Below the pieces are notes generated by a model. It had not been told where the DNA came from. It did no database searches and worked only from the letters and a program-made list of their open reading frames with translations. From the IMG/VR virus record IMGVR_UViG_3300042355_000871, positions 1 through 57,828 of that record: DNA of 57,828 nucleotides; one strand, 5' to 3'. This stretch comes from a virus. Lineage: Duplodnaviria; Caudoviricetes. Shown here in pieces: positions 1-8,450 of the stretch. How positions within the stretch are numbered: the stretch's first letter is position 1; each line of letters starts with the position of its first letter. The position numbers and the translations under genes are program-made.

Positions 1-843
1 CGGTCGAGCCGAAGGTACTGGCTGGGGAGCTGGGACCGTTGGCTTGACCGACACCGCTTCTGAGGAACCACCGACAGAAGGCTTGATTGCAGTGCCAGCC
101 GACGCTGGGCCGGGCAGCGGCGCCGGCTGGACCGCCTTGCTTGCGATCGGCACGACCGCAGGCTCAGCTTTTGTTAGAACGAGTTCGGGCCGCTCATCGG
201 GGAGCGGGTAGCGTTGCGCCACGGCGAGCACGTCCTTGAATGCAGTCTTGCTCAGAACCCGGTCTGTGCCGACGTTGCCGGGTGGGCGTTCACGCACGAG
301 GCCGATCGCGTCGTCAGCGCAGGCGACGGTCCATGAATAGCCCATCCACAAGCAGGATTCACTGTAGCGGCGTCTCAGCAGGCCCCGCAGCGCTTGCTTA
401 TGCTTGCCGCTTGTTGAGTAGAGCCACGCTCCAAACTGGTCTGCTGCGTCATCGAAGCGATTGGCGTTGACGTGCTTGAGAAGGGTTGAACCGCCGAGGG
501 CGTTGATCCCGCAGTTAAAGGCGAAGCAGACGAGCGCTGAGAACTGGTTTGAGTTGAGCGGGACCGTCACTAAACGCTTGACCGCGGCTTCATACTCAAT
601 GAGCTGATCCGCCAGAAGCGCCCGCGCGCTTGCCTCGTCGCTGAGCCTGTCGGTTGGCAGAACCTCCATGCCGCCGAAAAACTTCGTGCAACCATAGCCA
701 ATGGTCAACATATCGCCAGGGCAGATGTACGGCTCCATTGCCGCACCGCCCGGCGTCAACGGAACGCTACCGTCCTGCGGCCCCCGCTCGTACTCGGTGA
801 GAAGTTCTAGGCCGAACTCGTTCAGCCTTTGATGATCGTTCAT
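1..843 (-). CDS. Endolysin, GH24/T4-lysozyme-like (runs off window start; not in ORF track)
   Basis: Manual translation from ATG 843: MNDHQRLNEFGLELLTEYE...PYICPGDMLTIGYGCT...VPLNSNQFSALVCFAFNCG...STLLKHVN...GLLRRRYSE. GGAG SD upstream. Confidence 0.9.
   Translation of the reverse strand, partial: MNDHQRLNEFGLELLTEYERGPQDGSVPLTPGGAAMEPYICPGDMLTIGYGCTKFFGGMEVLPTDRLSDEASARALLADQLIEYEAAVKRLVTVPLNSNQFSALVCFAFNCGINALGGSTLLKHVNANRFDDAADQFGAWLYSTSGKHKQALRGLLRRRYSESCLWMGYSWTVACADDAIGLVRERPPGNVGTDRVLSKTAFKDVLAVAQRYPLPDERPELVLTKAEPAVVPIASKAVQPAPLPGPASAGTAIKPSVGGSSEAVSVKPTVPAPQPVPSARP
379..479. repeat. 101-bp exact direct repeat with 57728-57828 (circularisation overlap)
   Basis: Base-by-base identity CAGGCCCCGCAG...CGTGCTTGA; first mismatch is g378 vs a57727. 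Confidence 0.95.
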
Positions 844-871
844 TGCGAACAGCTCCCGAAACCCCTAGATT
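843..871 (+). promoter_or_regulatory. Putative sigma70-type promoter for the antisense HNH gene
   Basis: TTGCGA(843-848)-N17-TAGATT(866-871), then a hairpin leader and GGAGG SD before ATG 940. Confidence 0.5.
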
Positions 872-939
872 CGGGACGGTGTGAGGAGCGTTTCAGCCGC
901 TCACTCACACCTAACCGCTGACGCCTTTGTGGAGGCCCC

Positions 940-1623
940 ATGGCTACGTCCCGAGTATGTTCAATTCCTGACTGCGGCAAGCGCCACAAAGCGCGCGGCC
1001 TATGCGGTGCGCACTACGTTCTCTTAAGAAAGTACGGCAGGACGCATACCGTCCTGAAGCGCTACCCGCCAAAATGCCAAGCGCCAGACTGCGATGCTCC
1101 GCATTTTAGCATTGGGTACTGCAAAGCTCACGCTCTCCGAATGAAGAGACACGGAACGCTAGAGTTGAAGAGACGATCCAGCGGAACGGTTAAAGCGTTA
1201 GTAGATGCCGCTCTCGTTGGCCCGATGACCGATGAGTGCATCTTGCTACCCGTAGCCGCTAAAAAGTACGCGAAATTTTTCGATGAGGGGAAGCAAATCT
1301 CAGCGCATAGGTATGTGTGCATTAAAGCGCACGGAGAGCCTACGCCCGACAGAAATTTTGCCGCCCACTCATGCGGACAATCTTGGTGCGTAAACCCACA
1401 ACACATTCGGTGGGCAACGCCGCGCGAAAACACTGATGACAAGTCGGCGCATGGAACGTTGATCGCTGGCGAGCAAAACTACAACGCCAAGTTGAAGGCC
1501 GCTGACGTTATCAAAATTCGAGAAATGCGAGACAAGCCTGCTAAAGAAATCGCTCCACTGTTTGGAGTTCATGCGGCAACAATTCGAGACGTTCTCCGGG
1601 GCAAAACGTGGAAACAGGTTTAG
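940..1623 (+). CDS. Free-standing HNH homing endonuclease (two Cys/His Zn motifs, HNH, C-terminal HTH)
   Basis: CSIPDC...GLCGAHY and CQAPDC...GYCKAH; AHRYVC...AAHSCGQSWCVNPQHIRWATPREN; NAKL...IA..FGV...TIRDV.RGKTW. More AT-rich and antisense to the late operon. Confidence 0.9.
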   Translation: MATSRVCSIPDCGKRHKARGLCGAHYVLLRKYGRTHTVLKRYPPKCQAPDCDAPHFSIGYCKAHALRMKRHGTLELKRRSSGTVKALVDAALVGPMTDECILLPVAAKKYAKFFDEGKQISAHRYVCIKAHGEPTPDRNFAAHSCGQSWCVNPQHIRWATPRENTDDKSAHGTLIAGEQNYNAKLKAADVIKIREMRDKPAKEIAPLFGVHAATIRDVLRGKTWKQV

Positions 1624-3146
1624 TCCGACGATCCAAACGCGACACCGCCACACTCGCCATAAATCTCACCGCGACCATTGAGGCCAATCGTTAACGGGAT
1701 GCGATGCTTTCGTGCATCTTGCGGATCGATTGCCACGTCAATTGCTTGCAAGAGTTCACAGGAAGCGGCGCGGTCATGGTCGCCTGCTAATAGACGAATG
1801 GGCAAGATCGGTTGCCCCGGCTCCCGATTTGTTAAAAAGAATGAGAGCATTTTTTCAGTTGGATAGTTGTGGCCTCTCGGGATGACCACAGAAGCCACGC
1901 CCTCCACTTTGTCGTAGACCTCGACGGCGATCGACCATGACGTGATGTCGGAGATGGTCAGGTCGGACTTCCGGCCTTCAAGCACAGCGGCACGGATTGC
2001 AGCGCCAAGCGCAACCGCCACTTCACAGTCGATGTCGGTCTTGGCTTCCTGCCCGAACACGTCGCGCGCCATCGCCTGCACGGCAGGCATCCGGCTTCCA
2101 CCGCCGACGAGGACCACGTCGTTTAGATCTCGACGAGCGCTGAAATTGGCGTCCTTCCGTGTGGCCTCTGCGATGGCGACGAGGCACGCAGCGCGCATCC
2201 GCTTGAGCAAATCCTGCGAGAGATGTTCGAGCAGCGGACGATCGACAATGTAGTCCATGTGGAGGTCCGTCCCGCCTGGGCTTCGGTCGAAATCCTTGAT
2301 GCGGAACTCCGACTTGACCTTGCGCGAGAGGCGCTTCTTCACGTCCTCTGCTTCCTGAAGAACCAGCGACATCGCCGTGTCATCAACGGCAAGATCCGTT
2401 CCCTCGTGATCCGTCGCCCACTTGTTGACGATGTACCTGCCAAGGATGGCGTCCACATCGCTCCCGCCCGTAATGCTGGAGCCGCCCGTGCCGAGAACCG
2501 TGACGAGGCCAGAGCCTGTCTGGATGATCGACACATCCGTGGTGCCGCCGCCCACATCGAGGACGGCAATGCGACGAACCTTTTTGAAATCGTAGCCATA
2601 TGCGAGCGCTGCTGCGGTCGGCTCGTCCATCAGCTCCACATAGGCAAGGCCAGCCATGCGGCCTGCTTCTTCCACGGCCTTGCGCTGGCTTGGAGAGAAC
2701 GTGGCCGGGACGCAGATCACCGCCGCATCCGGCTTCTCGCCCTTCCACTTTGCCGTCGCCGCATCGAGCAACTTGGCAATGAGCATTGAGCAGATTTCGA
2801 CGGGGCTGTAGGTGTGATTGTCTGGACCCTGATAGTGCAGCGTGCCATCGGGAGCGCCTACCGTCTGGTAGCCCTGATCTTCGTCCGGGTGCCACATTTC
2901 ACCCAGCTTCCGCTTTGCCAGCCTGAAGCAGAAATCGGGGAAACGCTTGCCCGATTCAATGCCGTCAAGGCCGACGAATATCTGGCTTTCTCCCGGCCCT
3001 ACGGCATCGGCAGGGACGATGGTGACGACCGATGGCATGAGCGGTGAGCCATCTACAGAGATGACTTCTGGCACGCGCCCGTTGTACCAGGCGATCGAGC
3101 TGTTGCTCGAACCCAAGTCTAGGCCCACGACTCTAGAGAGTTTCAT
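1620..3146 (-). CDS. Hsp70/DnaK-family ATPase, C-terminally truncated (no helical lid)
   Basis: VGLDLGSSNS, VICVPATF, DEPTAAALAYG, LDVGGGTTDVS, GGSDVD, VVLVGGGSRMPAVQ, AVALGAA; partial beta substrate-binding domain; 508 aa. Confidence 0.93.
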   Translation of the reverse strand: MKLSRVVGLDLGSSNSSIAWYNGRVPEVISVDGSPLMPSVVTIVPADAVGPGESQIFVGLDGIESGKRFPDFCFRLAKRKLGEMWHPDEDQGYQTVGAPDGTLHYQGPDNHTYSPVEICSMLIAKLLDAATAKWKGEKPDAAVICVPATFSPSQRKAVEEAGRMAGLAYVELMDEPTAAALAYGYDFKKVRRIAVLDVGGGTTDVSIIQTGSGLVTVLGTGGSSITGGSDVDAILGRYIVNKWATDHEGTDLAVDDTAMSLVLQEAEDVKKRLSRKVKSEFRIKDFDRSPGGTDLHMDYIVDRPLLEHLSQDLLKRMRAACLVAIAEATRKDANFSARRDLNDVVLVGGGSRMPAVQAMARDVFGQEAKTDIDCEVAVALGAAIRAAVLEGRKSDLTISDITSWSIAVEVYDKVEGVASVVIPRGHNYPTEKMLSFFLTNREPGQPILPIRLLAGDHDRAASCELLQAIDVAIDPQDARKHRIPLTIGLNGRGEIYGECGGVAFGSSD

Positions 3147-4375
3147 TCTGCGGCCACTCCCATTGCGAGGGTGTCAATTGTCGAAGTCGGCCCGATGACA
3201 AGCAGGCGCTCGGTCTTGTCGGCCCGGCGCTGATGTTGAGCCGCCAGCCCGCCCAGACGTGAGCGGCGCTCCTGATCCGTCATCTCGGGGACCGGCTCGA
3301 CCAGAACGATGGGCTCCGGTTCTGGCTCCGGCGTGGTATTCGATACGGGTGTATCGATTACCGTATCGATTACCGTATCGATTGGCTGAGCCTCTACGGG
3401 CGGGGCCGAATAGGCAGCAACCGCAGCGTTTGTCTCAGCGATGATCCGCGCCCGCTCCTGCTGGTGACGCAGCTCCGCCAGTTCATCCGTCCACTCCCGA
3501 TCGCGCTTGGCGTCCGTCGCACTGATGTCGGTGATGAGCGCCCACAGGGACAGGGACCGCGCGCTTTCCAGAACGCACAGCATGATGATCAGCCACAGCC
3601 ACGCCCACCATGCCGCAGTAGCCTTGTCAGCGTTCTCGATCTGTAGGAGCCGCTTGTCAGTGTTGGCCTGCTGTACGGGGCTCGCTTGGCCCGCCATGAG
3701 GCCATCCTCACGGGTCTTGAGAGTGGCAATCTGGCGGCTCAGCTTCTCGGCATACGAGCGCATCGCTTTTTCAGTGAGAACGTCTCTGATCGAGTCGATT
3801 CTGCCGTAGTACTCCCCCCTTGCGACGAGTAGGGTCTGTGCTTGGGCGATGCCCTCAGGCGATTGCGCCGTCATTAATTCGCGCTCGCCTTCCAGCTTGG
3901 CGATTTCCGTCCTGACACGCTCAAGCTCTGCGCCGGTCCCGCCGATGGCTGCTTCCTGCGCCGTCGCCAGTGTTGCCGCTTCCTCGCCGGCAAGCTCAGC
4001 CTCTGCTGCAAGCCTGCTGGATGAGACAGCGAACCGTTCCGGCCAGACGACCTTCGCCCCATTCTCCGCATTGTGTACGCCGATCGCGGCCAAGCCGAGA
4101 AAGATGAAAGAGCCCGCCACTTTGCGCCACATCGTGGATGCCGTGAGCATCCTGATGAACGCCACGGTCGCGAGCAGTTCAGCGCCGAGGACCGCGAAAA
4201 CCAGCGCGATGATTGGCAGCGCAGAAAGCCATGACCAGTGGGCAGTTGCGACGACGCCAGTGACACTCAGCGAGGCGAGGCCAAACGTGATGATGATGAC
4301 GGCCAGCAACGCGCCCTTGCGGGTCGCGTCTGCCTCGTTCTTAAATTCGAGGAAAGTGTCCAGAAACTTGCCCAT
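3143..4375 (-). CDS. Multi-pass membrane protein with coiled coil and possible degenerate peptidoglycan-binding motif
   Basis: Three N-terminal hydrophobic segments, coiled coil, AQAQTLLVARGEYYGRIDSIRDVLTEKAMRSY, fourth TM, Pro-rich tail. ATGA overlap with Hsp70. Confidence 0.75.
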   Translation of the reverse strand: MGKFLDTFLEFKNEADATRKGALLAVIIITFGLASLSVTGVVATAHWSWLSALPIIALVFAVLGAELLATVAFIRMLTASTMWRKVAGSFIFLGLAAIGVHNAENGAKVVWPERFAVSSSRLAAEAELAGEEAATLATAQEAAIGGTGAELERVRTEIAKLEGERELMTAQSPEGIAQAQTLLVARGEYYGRIDSIRDVLTEKAMRSYAEKLSRQIATLKTREDGLMAGQASPVQQANTDKRLLQIENADKATAAWWAWLWLIIMLCVLESARSLSLWALITDISATDAKRDREWTDELAELRHQQERARIIAETNAAVAAYSAPPVEAQPIDTVIDTVIDTPVSNTTPEPEPEPIVLVEPVPEMTDQERRSRLGGLAAQHQRRADKTERLLVIGPTSTIDTLAMGVAAE

Positions 4376-4394
4376 GCCCTGCCCCTGTGTTGCG

Positions 4395-4823
4395 CTAAGC
4401 GCGTTCTGTGATCCAGAAGATCAGCAGCGCGCTCAGGATGGTCAGCGCGAAGCCGACCACGTAGCGGATGAACTCCTGCCGCGTGCGCTTGCTTTCCTCG
4501 GCAGCGCGCTCGTGCTGGTGCAGAAGCATCATCTCGACACGGCTGATTATGGCCGCTGACTGCGCATCGTTTGCCGTTTTCACCAAGTCAGAAACGCCGT
4601 TCATTGCGTCACGCAATGCCATCTCCCATTCACGCTTCAACTCTTTCAGGTCTTCGCCCGAAACCGATCGCTCAAGCTCTTTGAGGAACGTGTCGAACGC
4701 CGCCTCGAACCGCGTTCTCAAAACCGCCAGATCGCGCTCGGCGTTGCCAATGCGATCAAGGCGCGCAAATGCATCGCGCTGCCGCTCGATCTCTGCGATC
4801 TCGCGGTGAAATATCTCGGTCAT
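4395..4823 (-). CDS. Coiled-coil protein with C-terminal membrane anchor
   Basis: Charged heptad-like helix followed by YVVGFALTILSALLIFWI. Confidence 0.7.
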   Translation of the reverse strand: MTEIFHREIAEIERQRDAFARLDRIGNAERDLAVLRTRFEAAFDTFLKELERSVSGEDLKELKREWEMALRDAMNGVSDLVKTANDAQSAAIISRVEMMLLHQHERAAEESKRTRQEFIRYVVGFALTILSALLIFWITERA

Positions 4824-4846
4824 TGCCCGCCCCGTAGCTCAGTCCC

Positions 4847-5563
4847 TCAATCACCGCGTCGCGTCAGCAGCCCAAGCAGACGGTCGATCGATGCCTCTCG
4901 CGGATTAGCCTGATCCGTCAGCATGTGCTCACGACGCAGCCGCGCCTTCTCAACGTTCAGTTGCTCACTCAAGTGACGCTGGCGTGTCGCTGACAGAACC
5001 TGGATGACCGCCACTGCTTCCGCCTCGTCCTGCTCGAAAGCATCGAGAAGCATGTCGCCGGTCACGTCATCATAGCCCTCACCGACAGGCCCATAGTCCG
5101 ACATGAGCGCATCAGGCGCGGGAAGGAGCGGGGCCTCTGAGAACGCCGACCTGTCCCGTGCTTTCAGTTCTGCAAGCTCTGCACGGAGGGCTGCGAGTTC
5201 AGCGTCGCGTGGGTCTGGCGCTGCCTCGATTGCGACAGGTTCAGGCTCGGCTATCTTACCACTGTTGTAAGATACGGGCTCTGGCTCAGGCTCGACAACC
5301 GGCGCGGGAGTTTCGACCGGAACAGCGCTCGCGCTCTCCAGAAACGCAATGACTTCCTCTGCTGTACGGCAGGCGATGGAGCATGTGCGCCCTGATGGAG
5401 TTGTGCCGGCTGCACTAAAGAAAGCTCCATGCCATTCCACGAACGGGCGCGGCTGAAAGTTCGCCATCGACGGCGTCCAATCACGCTCCCAGAACAGCGC
5501 GCACATCTCGTTGGCCAGCCGCTCCATCGCGGTTGGTTCTGCCGTCTTGCGTTCGGGTTTCAT
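4847..5563 (-). CDS. Hypothetical acidic protein
   Basis: 238-aa ORF abutting the upstream stop (TAA ATG); phage-like gene packing. Confidence 0.65.
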   Translation of the reverse strand: MKPERKTAEPTAMERLANEMCALFWERDWTPSMANFQPRPFVEWHGAFFSAAGTTPSGRTCSIACRTAEEVIAFLESASAVPVETPAPVVEPEPEPVSYNSGKIAEPEPVAIEAAPDPRDAELAALRAELAELKARDRSAFSEAPLLPAPDALMSDYGPVGEGYDDVTGDMLLDAFEQDEAEAVAVIQVLSATRQRHLSEQLNVEKARLRREHMLTDQANPREASIDRLLGLLTRRGD

Positions 5564-5881
5564 TTACGCGGCTTCCTCGTCGAACGGCAGAGGCTTGATC
5601 TCTTCATCGTGCCACGCATCGATCTGCGCCTTGAGCGCGTCGATGTTGACCGCCGTGCCGATGAGGACGACCATCTGCTCCTTGGTGAGAGACGCGAATG
5701 GCGTGAAGTTGTCAGGGTCCGCTGCACCCAGTGCGGTCTCGCCGCCGATCACGAAGGACTTCTCGTTCGGTGCTGTCCCGCGTGTGCCGGTGAGCTGATA
5801 GCCGATGGACTTGACCACATCGGTCAGCCCGTCCTCGTCAGCGACTTTGGCGGTGTGGAATTTCCATGCCCATGTGGTCAT
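5564..5881 (-). CDS. Putative tail fibre assembly/accessory protein
   Basis: Directly downstream of the fibre gene; AGGAG SD; DPDNFTPFASLTKEQMV motif as in fibre-adjacent small proteins. Confidence 0.6.
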   Translation of the reverse strand: MTTWAWKFHTAKVADEDGLTDVVKSIGYQLTGTRGTAPNEKSFVIGGETALGAADPDNFTPFASLTKEQMVVLIGTAVNIDALKAQIDAWHDEEIKPLPFDEEAA

Positions 5882-5912
5882 TGTTCTAGCTCCTTGAGGC
5901 GTTGGTTGAGGG

Positions 5913-8174
5913 TTAGGTTGCAGTCGTGACAGCGGTCCAACCTGTTGATCCGTTGGTGTTCACGTACATCCGCGTCGATGTGCTCGACCCGTCCGAACGC
6001 ATGTAGAGCGAGCCCTGCGCCGCGCTGAGCGTTGGCGCACCTGAACCGAAGAACACGCCAAAGTTCGCCGTGCTGCTGACCATGATGCCCGCGCCTGCGG
6101 TGCCGCCTGCGGGGATGGCTGTGGCGGACATGGCCGTTATAGAAGGCGTGCCAGCGATTGCAGATGCCGACACGGTAAAAACCGCCGAGTTGCTGACACG
6201 CATTGCGAACTGGTTCGCCGTGCGGTTGTATTCAATGTAATCGTTGCTATCGTAAACGAGATAGCCAACGCCCGCGCTTAGCTGAATATTGAGATTGGCG
6301 TCACCAAACGCCACTGTTCCAGAGAATGTCGGGCTCCCCGCCACCGTCCCGCTCAGCGTCGGAGACGAGATGGTCTTGTTGGTGAGCGTGTCAGTGCTGG
6401 AAATGGTGGGGATGGCAACGCCGCCGAAGGTCAGCGCGGTCCCCGACAACGCGATTGTGCCAACGGTCCCGCCTGAGCGCGAAATAGATATTGCGGTCTG
6501 CGAAAACACATCCGCGTCTGTCCGCGTCTGCAATCCGAACGCGCCGCCATCGTTGATGAAAGACCAGCGCTTGGCGTCTGACCCGGCATTCGTCTCATAG
6601 AAGTCAAGGCGTGGCTCGGTTGTGCTGATTGTAATTGATGTCGTGCCGGTGAAGGTCACGTCGCCCGAAAAAGTTGGCGTCCCCGCCACCGTCCCGCTCA
6701 GCGTCGGGCTGGTGAGGGTCTTGTTCGTAAGCGTCGATGTGCTGGAAATGGTGGGGACGGCTACGCCGCCAGAAGTCGGTGCGACAGTAAAATCCATCAC
6801 TCGGCTTGAGTTGACGGTAAAAACAGAGCCAACAGCGATGTTATCGTAGAGGAAGAAATTTTGAGCGTCGTCAGAGCCGATTGATCGACCAAAGCTATAA
6901 GCGAGCCCCGCAGCCGCCGTGTGAACCGAGATTACTGACTGCGTCGCCCCACGCACGACCGGGGAAGCGGTGAACGTCCAGTTGCCGCTTGCTGTCGGGC
7001 TACCCGCGACCGTCCCTGACAGCGTCGGGCTGGAGAGGGTCTTGTTCGTGAGGGTGTCGGTGGAGGAGATGGTGGGGATGGCGACGCCGCCCAGCGTTGC
7101 TCCGCCACCATTCGGGTTGAGGTTGATTGCGACGTTGGTGGCGTAACTGGTCCAGTCTCGCGCCTGCATCCAGACCTGCCCGGTCGCGTTGCTGGTGCCA
7201 ACGTCAAGACCATAACCCGCTGAACCAACGTTAGAAGCGCCGACGCGCAGGATGATGTCAGTGAGAGAGCTTCCGCTTGCTGCGGGTGACGCTCCGGTTG
7301 AGACTTGCGTGATGCGCTGATGTCCGCCAGCAAATGTGTAGCTTCCACTCAGCGTCGGGCTACCCGCGACCGTCCCTGACAGCGTCGGAGACGAGAGGGT
7401 TTTGTTGGTGAGGGTGTCGGTGGAGCTTCGGCTCACAATTGGAGAGCCCGCAAGGTTTACAGTTGCAGAGTCGAAAAACCATACGTTAGAATTGTAGTCG
7501 TATCCAAATTCGTCGGACGTTGAGTACGAGCCACTGTCATACGGGACGAATGCGAATGCCGTTCCAGCGCCCTGAAAATAAGCGCCCATCTGGTTGTTTG
7601 TTACAGTTGAGTTGGCGATATGGAGCGCAACGCCGCCAGACGCAACGCTAGAGCCGATATTCACTTGCTGCTGAAGTGTCTGAATGCCGCTCCACGTCGC
7701 CGCCCCCGCCACAGTCCCGCTCAGCGTCGGGGAGCTGATTGCCGGTGATGTGAGCGTCTTGTTCGTCAGCGTCTGCGAGCCCGTCAGCGTCACGTAATCC
7801 GTGAGCGTCGAGAACCCCAGCGTCGTGCGCTGAGCCGCAGCATCCGCATCATCCAGAAGCGCCCTGCCCGCCGCCGTCGATGTGACCAGCGAGAACGTAT
7901 CCGCAGCCGTCGAGTACATCATCGAACCGGCAGCAGAGAAATCCAGCGCCGCTATCGCCGTGATGGTCGCGTCAGTTGCAGAGACGCCGAGCGCTGTTCT
8001 CGCCCCCGATGCTGTGGTGGCGCCGGTTCCGCCTGCCGAGATGGGTCGGGCCGCATTCAAATCTGTGACCAGGTCATCACAAAAGGTGTTGTAGGAGCTA
8101 GATGAAACCGGGGTGCCAGTGACGGCAGTTGTTCCACCTGGCTTGCTGTAAACGCCGCTGCCGTCTCGACTCAA
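5913..8174 (-). CDS. Tail fibre protein with five TLTNKTL-SPTLSGTVAG repeats
   Basis: Probable TTG start at 8174 after GGAGG; N-terminal SRDGSGVYS anchor; S/T/G-rich; C-terminal GSGAPT...GSLYMRSDG...MYVN..G.TGW. Confidence 0.85.
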   Translation of the reverse strand: MSRDGSGVYSKPGGTTAVTGTPVSSSSYNTFCDDLVTDLNAARPISAGGTGATTASGARTALGVSATDATITAIAALDFSAAGSMMYSTAADTFSLVTSTAAGRALLDDADAAAQRTTLGFSTLTDYVTLTGSQTLTNKTLTSPAISSPTLSGTVAGAATWSGIQTLQQQVNIGSSVASGGVALHIANSTVTNNQMGAYFQGAGTAFAFVPYDSGSYSTSDEFGYDYNSNVWFFDSATVNLAGSPIVSRSSTDTLTNKTLSSPTLSGTVAGSPTLSGSYTFAGGHQRITQVSTGASPAASGSSLTDIILRVGASNVGSAGYGLDVGTSNATGQVWMQARDWTSYATNVAINLNPNGGGATLGGVAIPTISSTDTLTNKTLSSPTLSGTVAGSPTASGNWTFTASPVVRGATQSVISVHTAAAGLAYSFGRSIGSDDAQNFFLYDNIAVGSVFTVNSSRVMDFTVAPTSGGVAVPTISSTSTLTNKTLTSPTLSGTVAGTPTFSGDVTFTGTTSITISTTEPRLDFYETNAGSDAKRWSFINDGGAFGLQTRTDADVFSQTAISISRSGGTVGTIALSGTALTFGGVAIPTISSTDTLTNKTISSPTLSGTVAGSPTFSGTVAFGDANLNIQLSAGVGYLVYDSNDYIEYNRTANQFAMRVSNSAVFTVSASAIAGTPSITAMSATAIPAGGTAGAGIMVSSTANFGVFFGSGAPTLSAAQGSLYMRSDGSSTSTRMYVNTNGSTGWTAVTTAT

Positions 8175-8276
8175 GAGAGCCTCCATAGTTGCAGGAAGTC
8201 GTTCGCGCCTCGGATGAGGGCGGCTGTTAATCTTTATGAACGGTGGTAAGGTCTGCGCCCGGTTAGGAGACGCAGG

Positions 8277-8450
8277 ATGGTTGCTCTAGGCGCGATGCTG
8301 TTGGCGTTCGCTGCGATTGTTGGTGCAGGTTTCAGCCTGTTTGCGGGAGGCGCATGGGGCTGGGTCGCCCTCGCGCTGTTCCTGGCGTCTATGGTTTTGG
8401 AGGGCGTTGGTTTCGCCTTGGCCGGGATGGAGGAAGCGGCGGAGGAGTAG
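8277..8450 (+). CDS. Small two-TM membrane protein, antisense (not in ORF track)
   Basis: AGGAG SD, ATG 8277; MVALGAMLLAFAAIVGAGFSLFAGGAWGWVALALFLASMVLEGVGFALAGMEEAAEE*, 57 aa. Confidence 0.55.
   Translation: MVALGAMLLAFAAIVGAGFSLFAGGAWGWVALALFLASMVLEGVGFALAGMEEAAEE

Noticed and set aside
1-378. Diversity-generating retroelement TR/VR pair
   Set aside because: Differences include non-adenine changes and indels, and no reverse transcriptase is present.
3351-3383. 12-bp tandem repeat GTATCGATTACC as a regulatory site
   Set aside because: In-frame IDTV expansion in a disordered linker; no other copies seen.
8226-8241. CtrA box
   Set aside because: Only one TTAA half-site matches TTAA-N7-TTAA.
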